A DNA stretch of 20,818 nt, taken from Cyanophyceae cyanobacterium. GTDB taxonomy: Bacteria; Cyanobacteriota; Cyanobacteriia; Cyanobacteriales; JBHJGN01. Below the pieces are notes generated by a model, which searched no databases, had not been told where the DNA came from, and saw only the letters and a list, made by a program, of their open reading frames with translations. This document shows, piece by piece, positions 7,422 to 16,720 of this stretch. Numbering within the stretch: position 1 is the first letter of the stretch; every line of letters begins with the position of its first letter. The position numbers and the translations under genes were made by a program. The DNA is taken from positions 1 to 20,818 of the forward strand of contig JBHJGN010000062.1 in assembly GCA_050331735.1 (NCBI GenBank), written 5' to 3'.

Positions 7422-8605
7422 TTCGTGCAGGCTACGCGAAAGCCAACGTCGTTACTGCGACCGTCTGGCTGAAATGCATAGCGACACGCAGCGCGACAGA
7501 ATCGCGGCTGGTCATACCAAGAACCCCCGCGAATCACACGGGCCTGGTATCCATCAGAGATCCAAGCACTGCCATCCGTAGGGGCATTGAGATAATTATC
7601 GTGCCAGCGATCGCCGCACCACTCCCAGACGTTGCCGTGGAGGTCAGACAGGCCAAAATTGTTTAAGCTCTTAAAATAGCCAACTGGGGTCGTTTGCTGA
7701 CGATAGGGCCCAGGAGTCGAACCATAGGACGAGCAGCCATCGTAATTAGCTAGATCGGCGGCGATCGCCTCTCCAAAGTGAAAGGGTGTTGTCGTTGTTG
7801 CACGACAGGCGTACTCCCACTCTGCTTCGCTAGGGAGGCGATAAAGCCGTCCGGTTTTCTGGGCTAGTCGAGCACAGAACTCAACCGCGTCGTCCCACGA
7901 AACCCGTTCTACTGGAAGATTGTCTCCTTTAAAGCAGGCAGGCTCGGGATCGAGAGGGCGCTCCACCGTCGGAAGAGAGGCGATCGAGCGCCACTGAGCT
8001 TGCGTCACTGGATATTTTCCCATCGCAAAGGCCGCAATTGTCACAGAATGCTGCGGACCTTCATCAAGGCTGCGTTCTCCTTCTGTTGTCGGAGACCCCA
8101 TAACAAACGTTCCGCCTGGAAGACGCACCATTTCTAAACGGACGACGTGAGTACTGGGGGTAGCCCCAGGCGACGTCCTCTCCACCACGCCTAACTCTTC
8201 TGACCAGGTGAAAGGTCGTGACTGGCGCAGGTAGCATTGTGTCGATTTTGGCTTGCTGGTAGTCGGCTCTTTCCTCTGAAGGTGAACGGAGTCGAACGCT
8301 TGATGAAGCTTGGTACTGCCAAATTCAGTTGCCGTCACCTGAAAACAGTTTGGGGCAAAGAGAAATGTTTGTTCGCCTAGCCATTGAGACTGTCCGTTTA
8401 TTGCATCTATGCAATTGCTCATTATATCAACGACCTTCTGGGCTGCACTAAGCTCTAGGTTGTTGAGAACCAGAATAATCACTTTTCCCGAACGCAGAGC
8501 CTCTAAAACCGAGGCCATCTTCTCCAAAGAAAATAGCCTCATTACCTTAACTTCCGGAGGGTTTTCTTGATGCCGACCGAGTAAAGCAGACCAAATTGAA
8601 TTCAT
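7418..8605 (-). CDS. SepF-like N-terminal domain fused to FGE-sulfatase/SUMF1 (CLec-fold) domain
   Basis: aa 1-92 resemble SepF (EVKVMR..S..M..V..LRSGK.IIL.L....AQKVVD...AING....GEQTFLFAPNCFQV). aa about 157-395 contain PGGTFVMGS, YPVTQAQW, LPVERVSW, RLPSEAEWEYACRA, DLHGNVWEWC, RGGSW, GFRVAC. Confidence 0.88.
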   Translation of the reverse strand: MNSIWSALLGRHQENPPEVKVMRLFSLEKMASVLEALRSGKVIILVLNNLELSAAQKVVDIMSNCIDAINGQSQWLGEQTFLFAPNCFQVTATEFGSTKLHQAFDSVHLQRKEPTTSKPKSTQCYLRQSRPFTWSEELGVVERTSPGATPSTHVVRLEMVRLPGGTFVMGSPTTEGERSLDEGPQHSVTIAAFAMGKYPVTQAQWRSIASLPTVERPLDPEPACFKGDNLPVERVSWDDAVEFCARLAQKTGRLYRLPSEAEWEYACRATTTTPFHFGEAIAADLANYDGCSSYGSTPGPYRQQTTPVGYFKSLNNFGLSDLHGNVWEWCGDRWHDNYLNAPTDGSAWISDGYQARVIRGGSWYDQPRFCRAACRYAFQPDGRSNDVGFRVACTN

Positions 8606-10609
8606 TTTCCCCCTAGTGCTTTACCTATTCAAGCGATCCACCGTTCCATCAGATACATCTGGCTAGGAAAAGTGACGCTCCGTTTGGATGCGCTCCTACC
8701 CAAGCGGCTCCTGCACAGTTATCAAAACAGATTTTGAGAAAATTTAAACACAAACCGTGAAAATGCAGTTAATTACTTAGCAAAAATTTACCTTCCTCAG
8801 GACTTGATTGCTTAAAGAAGCCTACATGGTGCCTTCCCTGCCCTCGATGCGCTTCCCAAAACACCTGTTCCTAAAACCATTGTCAGTCTAGGAGGAATTG
8901 GTCAGCTTTCGTCAGTCGAAATCACCCGCAAGGACTTGAGGAGGAGCATCGCTAGATGCAGGTTCCGGCTGGTCACACGTCTGTGCTTTCATAGAAAATC
9001 AATCTACAGGATAGAAAAACTATCGCTCCAACCGTCTCCTCAATTTACCAGTTTCCGTTTAATAATACTTTCTTGCAAGACAATCTTCAGATTTGGCGGC
9101 AGTTGGCTTTGGTAGTAAGGGGGACTCTTTAACTTCCGACCTATCTCAACTTTGTCTCTGATTAAGATAAGTTAAAGCCTCTTAATGCAGAGAACTTACC
9201 TCGAAGATTTGAATCCTTGAGAGCTGAAAGCCGCAAGCCAATTAAAGTTTTATTAGGTAGGCAATATCAAACTATTAACTCAGCTCTACTAAGCTATTCT
9301 AGTTCTTGGAGTGATCCTGCTCTTCATCAAAGCTACCTTCTTCAGGGACTGATCGAGCAATCAAACTGAGTAATTTATCTGTTGAAGCACAGTAGTAAAC
9401 TTTAATCGGACTTAGCTTTCCCTTTTCAAGCCAATAAATTGTCAACATACTTACTTTTTCATAACTCTATTTATAGTCTGCCCACCTTTTCAGCATTTAT
9501 AACATTCGCTGCTAGAAATATATATTCAGGTATTAGGAATACTTTCGGCGCATTTACAGATGAGCTACGTTAACGCTCTCCTGTTTTTGTTTTGGCTAGC
9601 TACAGTAAATTACAGAACCCTGTATTACAATCAAATAATTTCATGGTTGTTTATACGGTTGACGACTCTTGTCATCTGTTCGATTAAAAATCAACGGATT
9701 TTCTGAAGTGCTTTTTTGTTATCTAAAATAGAGACGGTACGCCAATTCGGCAACAAAAATATTTAAAAAACAATTAAGAAAGGCCGAGGAGCTATCGATG
9801 AGCTGACCAGGCGAGCAATCTGTAGCTGATTCGAGACATTGATGTAGTGACAAAAAAATTTTTGATGATGGGTCATTGGATTAACGTCAAGCGACATAGA
9901 GCTTTTACAAATAAACGGCAAATCTATAGTTTAATGCGCTCCAATCAAGCCAACAACTTGAGCACTAGCTTAATTAGAACCTCCTGACAAACTTTTCACG
10001 TGTTCTTAATCTGTTTTCTCAATGTTCATCTGTTTTATACGGTCATAACTTAAGGGAGTCAAGTAGATGTAGAAACAAGTTTTTTTGAAGTCGCGTCAAG
10101 GTCATGTCTTTTGGCAAGATGTTCGTTGAATTGTTGTCTGGGATGCTAAACCTCAAAGAATTTGCTCTGGCTGCCGCAGCAACCAGAGCAAAGTACATAG
10201 ATTACTAAACCCAACACTATATAAGAAGCTTTACTCTTAGTTTTTGTTTCCCAATTCCCAAGAATTTTTGATATTGAAATTGTCATGTCTATGGTGATAT
10301 CTATGGCCGTAACGCTACAAGCACTGTATAGCAAGACTTGTAGCCACACAATTTAGTCTTGATTATGTCTTCTTGTCGGGAATTTTCCCCGTCATCAATG
10401 CCAACATCACGACTGAAAAAATGCAAAGCTCGCTTCAGGCTACTTCATTGACCTGTGAAAAATAATTAGACTGGGTAGGTTAGATTAGAAAACGATGCAG
10501 AGAAAAACCGGATTCGGGAGTAAGTTCCCGTCTGCTGTCCCAAACTCTGCCATAAATATTGACTTAGAGGCACAGCCGCCATTCGCTATTCAAAAAGAGC
10601 AAAGACGCT

Positions 10610-12442
10610 ATGGGATATCAACCGATCGAAAATTACGGCATCATTGGCAATATGTACACAACTGCTCTAGTCGGTAAGAATGGCTCTATCGACTGGTTCT
10701 GTTTTCCCAATCACGATTCTCCCAGCGTTTTTGCGGCTCTGCTTGATAAGGACAAGGGGGGACAGTTTCAGATTACCCCAACTCTGAAAGAGGCCACTCA
10801 CAAGCAGTTTTACTGGCCAGAAACGAATGTGTTAGTGACGCGCTTTTTAGCGGAGTGCGGTGTCGGAGAAATTATCGACTTCATGCCCGTTGGCAAAGCG
10901 GCCAAAGAGCAGGGCTATCACTGGTTAGTCCGCATGGTAAAAGGCATTCGCTGTAGCATGACCTTCCACTTAAAGTGCGATCCCGCTTTTAACTACGCCC
11001 GCGACCAGCATCAAACTAGCTTAACCGCAAACGGAGCCTGCTTCCGTTCGCCACAGTTGAGTCTAGCCCTGGTCACAGATATTCCGCTCCAGCAGAACGA
11101 CCAAGGCGTTTGGGCAGAGTTTACGCTCGGTGCCGGACAAACTGCTGTGTTTGTCATGCAGCAAATTGATCCAGACTCAGACTGCGGTTTACCACTCCGT
11201 AATGAAGCCGCCGAAGAACTCTTTGTTGAGACGGTGGACTTCTGGCGTCGCTGGCTCTCGCAGTGCATCTACAAAGGTCGGTGGCGCGAAACGGTAGAAC
11301 GCTCAGCGCTGGTGCTCAAGCTGCTGACCTACGAACCGACCGGAGCGATTGTCGCTGCCCCTACCTGCGGTCTCCCCGAAGAAATTGGCGGCCAACGGAA
11401 CTGGGACTATCGCTACACCTGGATTCGAGATGCCGCCTTTACTTTGTATGGATTGCTGCGGATTGGCTTTACCGAGGAAGCCGCTCAGTTCATGAGTTGG
11501 ATAGAAGCCCGCAGCCACGAACTAGATCCCTGCGGCTCCCTGCAAACCATGTACAGCATTCATGGAGATCACAATCTCAGCGAAGAGGAGCTAGAGCATC
11601 TAGAAGGATACAAGCAATCGGCTCCGGTACGCATCGGGAATGGAGCTTATAGCCAGCTACAGCTTGACATCTACGGAGAGCTAATGGACTCGGTTTATTT
11701 ATTCAATAAACACGGTGCGCCCATTTCTTATGACCTGTGGACCTATCTGCGGCGGTTGCTAGATTGGGTCTGCAATAACTGGCAGCAAACCGATGAAGGC
11801 ATTTGGGAGACGCGAGGCAGTCAGAAACATTTTGTCTACTCGAAGCTGATGTGTTGGGTGGCGCTGGACCGGGGACTGCGCTTAGCAGATAAGCGCTCTT
11901 TCCCCGCAGATAGAGAAAAATGGATTAAGGTCCGAGATGACATTTATGAGGAGGTCATGCAAAAAGGCTGGAACGACGAGAAACGAGCGTTTGTGCAGTA
12001 TTACGGGAGCGATACGCTAGATGCTAGTAATTTGATTATGCCCCTGGTGTTCTTCATGTCTCCTAGCGATCCCCGCATGATCAAAACCATCGATTCGATA
12101 AGGCGATCGCCAGAACAGGGAGGACTCGTGTCTAACAGCTTAGTTTATCGGTATAACCTAGAGGACACTAACGATGGCTTAGACGGCAAGGAGGGCACCT
12201 TCAACTTGTGTAGCTTTTGGCTAGTGGAGGCGTTAACGCGAGCCGGACGCACCGACCTCGATAAACTCAACGAAGCCCGACTGATGTTTGAAGAAGTGCT
12301 TAGCTACGCCAATCATCTGGGGCTGTTTGCCGAGGAAACTGGAGCCAGTGGCGAAGCGCTGGGCAACTATCCTCAAGCCCTCACTCATCTTGCCCTGATC
12401 AGTGCCGCGTGGAACTTGAACAAATCTTTGGGCGGAGACTAA
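10610..12442 (+). CDS. Glycoside hydrolase family 15 (glucoamylase/trehalase-like)
   Basis: [69 protein letters not shown]. Confidence 0.95.
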   Translation: MGYQPIENYGIIGNMYTTALVGKNGSIDWFCFPNHDSPSVFAALLDKDKGGQFQITPTLKEATHKQFYWPETNVLVTRFLAECGVGEIIDFMPVGKAAKEQGYHWLVRMVKGIRCSMTFHLKCDPAFNYARDQHQTSLTANGACFRSPQLSLALVTDIPLQQNDQGVWAEFTLGAGQTAVFVMQQIDPDSDCGLPLRNEAAEELFVETVDFWRRWLSQCIYKGRWRETVERSALVLKLLTYEPTGAIVAAPTCGLPEEIGGQRNWDYRYTWIRDAAFTLYGLLRIGFTEEAAQFMSWIEARSHELDPCGSLQTMYSIHGDHNLSEEELEHLEGYKQSAPVRIGNGAYSQLQLDIYGELMDSVYLFNKHGAPISYDLWTYLRRLLDWVCNNWQQTDEGIWETRGSQKHFVYSKLMCWVALDRGLRLADKRSFPADREKWIKVRDDIYEEVMQKGWNDEKRAFVQYYGSDTLDASNLIMPLVFFMSPSDPRMIKTIDSIRRSPEQGGLVSNSLVYRYNLEDTNDGLDGKEGTFNLCSFWLVEALTRAGRTDLDKLNEARLMFEEVLSYANHLGLFAEETGASGEALGNYPQALTHLALISAAWNLNKSLGGD

Positions 12443-12557
12443 TCGGGACGGGGAAAGGGTCAGTCGCTCCGCGACCGGAAAAGAACGCAGAACCAAGGAA
12501 TAGGCCGAGTAACCTCCCTTTGCTCTTTTCCCGCGTCTATAGCGCTATCCCCGTAGC

Positions 12558-13838
12558 CTATGGATCTGACGGATCGAAAACAGTAATGTTGAGCAGGGGC
12601 GTAACGTTAAATCCTTCTCGACGCAGTTGGGTTTGAATTTCGCTACTGAGGCGATCGCTGACTTCCTCTTTTGAGAGATCAATGTCGTTCCGTTGCTGAA
12701 CATAGATAACGCCGAGGAGAGTGTTCTGGTCGGCAATATCGGAGCGAGTAAAGCGGATGTTGGCCTCAATGAGCTGAGCTAATCCACTTTCCTGCACCAC
12801 CTGTTGAATTTCAGCCGTTGCTCTTTGGCTACGGCTAGAGCGTTGCAAACTGGGCGAACTGGAAAACTGCCAGGTTAACAATCCCACTAAGACGGCGACT
12901 GTCACAGCAAGGACAGCGGGAAACATCCATTTTTTGCCCCGGCTGTAGCGCGCTCCCCGTGCAGACAAGCCATAGCAGCGCAAAATAGTGGCCGCAGCCA
13001 GATTGATCCCCACCAATTGCAGCAAGAGAAGAAATCCACCGCTTCGGACCATATCCCACCGTCCTAAGGCCGTTGCCATACCGACCAGACCAGCCGGAGG
13101 AGCTAGAGAAGCCGCCACCAGCATCCCAATTGAGGCTCCCGATACTAAGCTACTGCGTTCCGACTGCACGAGTTGAAGAGCGCCAGCGGCTCCGGCAGCC
13201 AGAGGCAGGAGCACCGATACTGCCGAGATTTCGCTGTTGTCGATCATGGCGTTGGTGGCAATTTCCTGACCCAACACCAGGCTGAGCAGCAACGTCACGG
13301 CAATGGTCACTCCGAGGGCCGCGAAATAGCGCACTAAGCTGCGCCAGAGCAGCGTTCGGTCTCCCCGCGCTGTGGCGATCGCCACGTTCATGGCTGGACC
13401 GGCAAATGGCGCAATCAGCATCGCCGCTACCAGCAGAAAGCTACTGTTGGTAAATAAGCCAATCCAGACGACAACTCCGGCGGTGGCAGCGTATCCCAGA
13501 AAGCCTTTCCAAGAGCCAACGCTTTGTAAGCCCTGCAAGAAAATTTCGATGGGGCTAAGGTTTTTAACATCTGTAACCTGCTCAGGAGCTTCGCTGGGCG
13601 GCGGTTTTAAAGTAGTGACCCCCCGAGGAATCAGCGTGATGTGCAGGTTTGGCAGTGGCTCTAGGGAGGCGAGTAACGGCTCGACTTTGCCGTTAGAAAC
13701 GTGAACGATGACTACATCGACGGGTCCATCGGCACTTTTGGCCTCAAGCTGCACTAAGTTAACACCTTGATGGTGCTTAGCAATGTTAAAAACTTCTCTC
13801 CCTTGTCCTTGCGGAACCTGAACCAGTAGTTGTCGCAC
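12558..13838 (-). CDS. DUF389 / TIGR00341-type membrane protein
   Basis: LVAAMLIAPF.GP, LAAGAAGAL, GMLVAASLAPPA and multiple TM helices. The likely start is GTG at 13838 (MRQLLVQV); the ORF is open to 13874. Confidence 0.85.
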   Translation of the reverse strand: MRQLLVQVPQGQGREVFNIAKHHQGVNLVQLEAKSADGPVDVVIVHVSNGKVEPLLASLEPLPNLHITLIPRGVTTLKPPPSEAPEQVTDVKNLSPIEIFLQGLQSVGSWKGFLGYAATAGVVVWIGLFTNSSFLLVAAMLIAPFAGPAMNVAIATARGDRTLLWRSLVRYFAALGVTIAVTLLLSLVLGQEIATNAMIDNSEISAVSVLLPLAAGAAGALQLVQSERSSLVSGASIGMLVAASLAPPAGLVGMATALGRWDMVRSGGFLLLLQLVGINLAAATILRCYGLSARGARYSRGKKWMFPAVLAVTVAVLVGLLTWQFSSSPSLQRSSRSQRATAEIQQVVQESGLAQLIEANIRFTRSDIADQNTLLGVIYVQQRNDIDLSKEEVSDRLSSEIQTQLRREGFNVTPLLNITVFDPSDP

Positions 13839-13909
13839 GTTTTTTAGTGAGCAGATAACAATCAAAGCTAACAAATTGACGTTAACTGCTACAAGCGACT
13901 TTGGTTAGA

Positions 13910-14128
13910 TTAGTCGGCGGATTCTAGCTGATCGAGTCGAAACCAAATATTGGGAGTTGGCACGTAGAATTTTACTAAAGCATACTCGTCGTCTGTTTCT
14001 AAAACTTCTCCCTTGCTCTCAAAGATGTAGGGAGGAAGACGATTATCGCTGGCCATTGCCTCTAAACTGCCCTCATATTTCTCGCGAACAGCCCGAACCA
14101 GAGACCCTTTTTTGATTTTACTTGCCAT
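13910..14128 (-). CDS. ndhO: NAD(P)H-quinone oxidoreductase (NDH-1) subunit O
   Basis: [34 protein letters not shown]...[14 protein letters not shown]. Confidence 0.95.
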   Translation of the reverse strand: MASKIKKGSLVRAVREKYEGSLEAMASDNRLPPYIFESKGEVLETDDEYALVKFYVPTPNIWFRLDQLESAD

Positions 14129-14477
14129 TACACAAATGAAGCGTTAGTTTATTCTTCTGTTAATTGTGACACAGAGGAGATCAAAGTTTAACAAGTAGCT
14201 CTTAGCTCTCGGAAGGCTTTTAACTCATCGGGTTCCTGCGTGTCAAGCGGCTAATAGCTTGTTATCCCGCATAGCCTACTGACATAACCTCTTCTACGCA
14301 ACCCTGAAAGAACATTCGACTCCTAAGTAAAAATACTCGCTCATCCCGAGGAGTATTATGCAAGGCAGCAATCTTTGAGAATCGCCAACACAGAGCAGCT
14401 TTGATGACTAGTGGTGGATGTTAGACTACACTGATGACTTTGTAGAGATAAGCTGAAACGTTGAGGAAGGTTAGCAA

Positions 14478-15938
14478 TTGAAGGAGTTTGACAAACCTAT
14501 TCCTAAAGAAAAACTTGACATTGTTGACAAAACGAGATCTAACCTATTCGCTTGGCGTGGTCAGTTTTCGCCGCAGCTTATTGAAGTTATATTGAACGCC
14601 TACTGTTTGCCTGATTCGATTATTCTCGACCCTTTCGCCGGTAGCGGGACTGTTTTGCTAGAGGCTGGAGTTCTCGAACTTGAAGCATATGGCTTCGAGA
14701 TCAATCCAGCAGCCTGGATTCTCAGTAAAACATATGAATTTATCAATGATGCAAGAAGAAAAGAGCATATAAATATTCTCAGAAAATTAGTAGACAAAGA
14801 ATTCCCTTTTAGAATCTTTGAGCATGATGATGAAGTAAAAAACTTATCAGGAATACTTAAAACTATTAGAGGAGAGTTGAAGCAAGAAAGCAAAAGAATA
14901 TTTGATGCGTTGGTAATTTTACTTGATGTGGCAAACAACAAGGTAACCAACAAATTTGTTCAATCAAAATTTGCAGCCTTGGCAAATTTGATCGAAAATC
15001 TTCCCTACTCTAACAAGGAAATAATTATGGGTTTGTCTGATGCTCGTTCTCTTCCGCTAGAAAGCGATTGTATAGATTTTGTGGCAACGTCTCCACCCTA
15101 CATAAATGTATTTAACTATCATCAGAATTATCGTAGATCTGCTGAAATACTGGGTTGGGATTTATTAAAAATAGCAAAATCAGAAATTGGCTCTAACAGA
15201 GCTAACCGTTTTTATACAGTAGTTCAATATTGTCTAGACATGGCAGATACTCTGAGAGAACTGTCTAGAGTGACTAAGGACGAAGCTCGAATTGTATTTG
15301 TTTTAGGACATGAATCTAATGTCCTCGGCGTTCCCTTTTATAATGCTGATATCATTGAAAAAATTGGAGTAAGGGCCAATCTTTTTTACAGAACTCTAAG
15401 GCAAAAGAGAGAATTCAAGAATAAGTTCGGAAAATTAATCAGGGAAGACATTATTAGCTTCTCAAATCTAAACAATAAAACTTGCAAAGAGACTGTTGAG
15501 CAAATTGCAAGGGATGTAGCGTTTGATGTATTAAAGAGTGGAATGTCTTCAGTTCCCTCAAAGAATCTTGCATCTTTGGAAGATGCAATTGATAAAGTTC
15601 AAGATATTGGAAGAACACCCACTTTAGATCAAAGACTTTACATCTATCAACCTTATCAAGATAGTACATCCTCATCAAGGAAAGTTCAATCTATGCCTGA
15701 ACTCTCTCGTCCTCATTACACTAAATTAACTGCTTGCCTCAACAATCGTCGCTTACCTGAAGCTGACAAGGAAAGTTTAGAAGAAGCCATTAGGAAATAT
15801 CATGAATGGATAACGGATATGGAGTCCATTGAGCGTGGTCAAGCTGACACTGTTGAGAAGTTGGTCGAAGCAACTAATCGATATAAGCGTTTCATCGAGC
15901 TTGATTTCATATTCGATAGCCCAGATAATTTCTTATAG
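14478..15938 (+). CDS. Amino-(N4-cytosine type) DNA methyltransferase running in frame into the first 81 aa of a Bpu10I-family endonuclease
   Basis: TTG start with AGGAAGG RBS. WRGQFSPQL, motif I DPFAGSGT, catalytic TSPPY. AT-rich, no HIP1 sites. Confidence 0.85.
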   Translation: MKEFDKPIPKEKLDIVDKTRSNLFAWRGQFSPQLIEVILNAYCLPDSIILDPFAGSGTVLLEAGVLELEAYGFEINPAAWILSKTYEFINDARRKEHINILRKLVDKEFPFRIFEHDDEVKNLSGILKTIRGELKQESKRIFDALVILLDVANNKVTNKFVQSKFAALANLIENLPYSNKEIIMGLSDARSLPLESDCIDFVATSPPYINVFNYHQNYRRSAEILGWDLLKIAKSEIGSNRANRFYTVVQYCLDMADTLRELSRVTKDEARIVFVLGHESNVLGVPFYNADIIEKIGVRANLFYRTLRQKREFKNKFGKLIREDIISFSNLNNKTCKETVEQIARDVAFDVLKSGMSSVPSKNLASLEDAIDKVQDIGRTPTLDQRLYIYQPYQDSTSSSRKVQSMPELSRPHYTKLTACLNNRRLPEADKESLEEAIRKYHEWITDMESIERGQADTVEKLVEATNRYKRFIELDFIFDSPDNFL

Positions 15939-16604
15939 AGACAAAAAGGACAGCTAAAGTTAGATAACACCATTTTAGAAGAGTTTTTGCCACAGGTTGT
16001 TTTCCGTAGTTTACGAGGGATCGATGATTCTTTTGAATTGGGGCCACGAAATACATTTGCTGGGTTAAGTTTTTTGTCATCCCTCGGAAATCCTGGGCAG
16101 GGTGGAGAACCAAGTATTAGAAGTAAAGATCAAGTCTTTATACTTGGCAAGAAATTATACTTAAAGTCATCATTTAATCCGGAATTTCAAGATTATAAGT
16201 TACTTGAGTCGCATCTTGGCTATGTTTGTGCAGAATGCAAGACTAACTTAGATAAAACTATGTTTCAAGAAGCTGTAGCGACGAGTCGAGATTTAAAGAT
16301 TGCTGTGCCAGGATCTTTGTATTTTTTAGTTTGCGAGTTTCTTGATATGACACCAGTTTCAATTATCTCAACTCAGATTGACGATGTTTTAATTGTGCGA
16401 AAAACGAAACGGATGTCGTCCAACATCCGCCAAGAATATCGAACGCCTGAAGAAAGACAAAAACATAGACAAGGGTATATAGATTTTTTGGATTCTTCTA
16501 GGTATTATCCTGATGTATTTCAAAGAATGATCAACAAGATCCAATCTCTGATAGACGATACAAGCCCATCGATGGAGAATGTCTTGAATCAAGGACATTT
16601 TTAA
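15693..16604 (+). pseudogene. Bpu10I-family restriction endonuclease interrupted by a single in-frame TAG (15936-15938)
   Basis: MPELSRPHYTKL...DNFL*RQKGQLKLDNTILEEFLP...KDQVFIL...AECKTNLDKTMFQEA all in one frame. The family motif as I recall it is FLYRQKGQLKLDN, implying Tyr to amber. Confidence 0.85.
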
Positions 16605-16630
16605 TATTTTTCTCCTTAAGTAATTTAGCA

Positions 16631-16716
16631 GCATAACAACCCCAATGCAGCGGACAGACAAAAGTCGTTGGTACAGTAGCAAAGTCTGTCTGCTGCCGCT
16701 GAGTGGGATCTTTCAT
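16631..16716 (+). other. Integron attC-like site (degenerate R' end)
   Basis: GCATAAC (R'') then CCCAATGCAGCGGACAGACA pairing with TGTCTGCTGCCGCTGAGTGGG with unpaired extrahelical bases, 26 bp after the stop codon. The expected terminal GTTRRRY is replaced by TTTCAT. Confidence 0.65.
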
Positions 16717-16720
16717 CTAC

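Noticed and set aside
9210..9250. Possible riboswitch (GCTGAAAGCCGCAAGCC)
   Set aside because: Does not fit the full consensus of any riboswitch I can verify, and there is no adjacent downstream gene.
10146..10349. 67-aa minus-strand ORF with a hydrophobic stretch and Cys residues
   Set aside because: No recognisable family, unclear start or RBS. Could be chance.
7418..10609. Complete DGR locus
   Set aside because: No template repeat, reverse transcriptase or Avd gene seen in the window.
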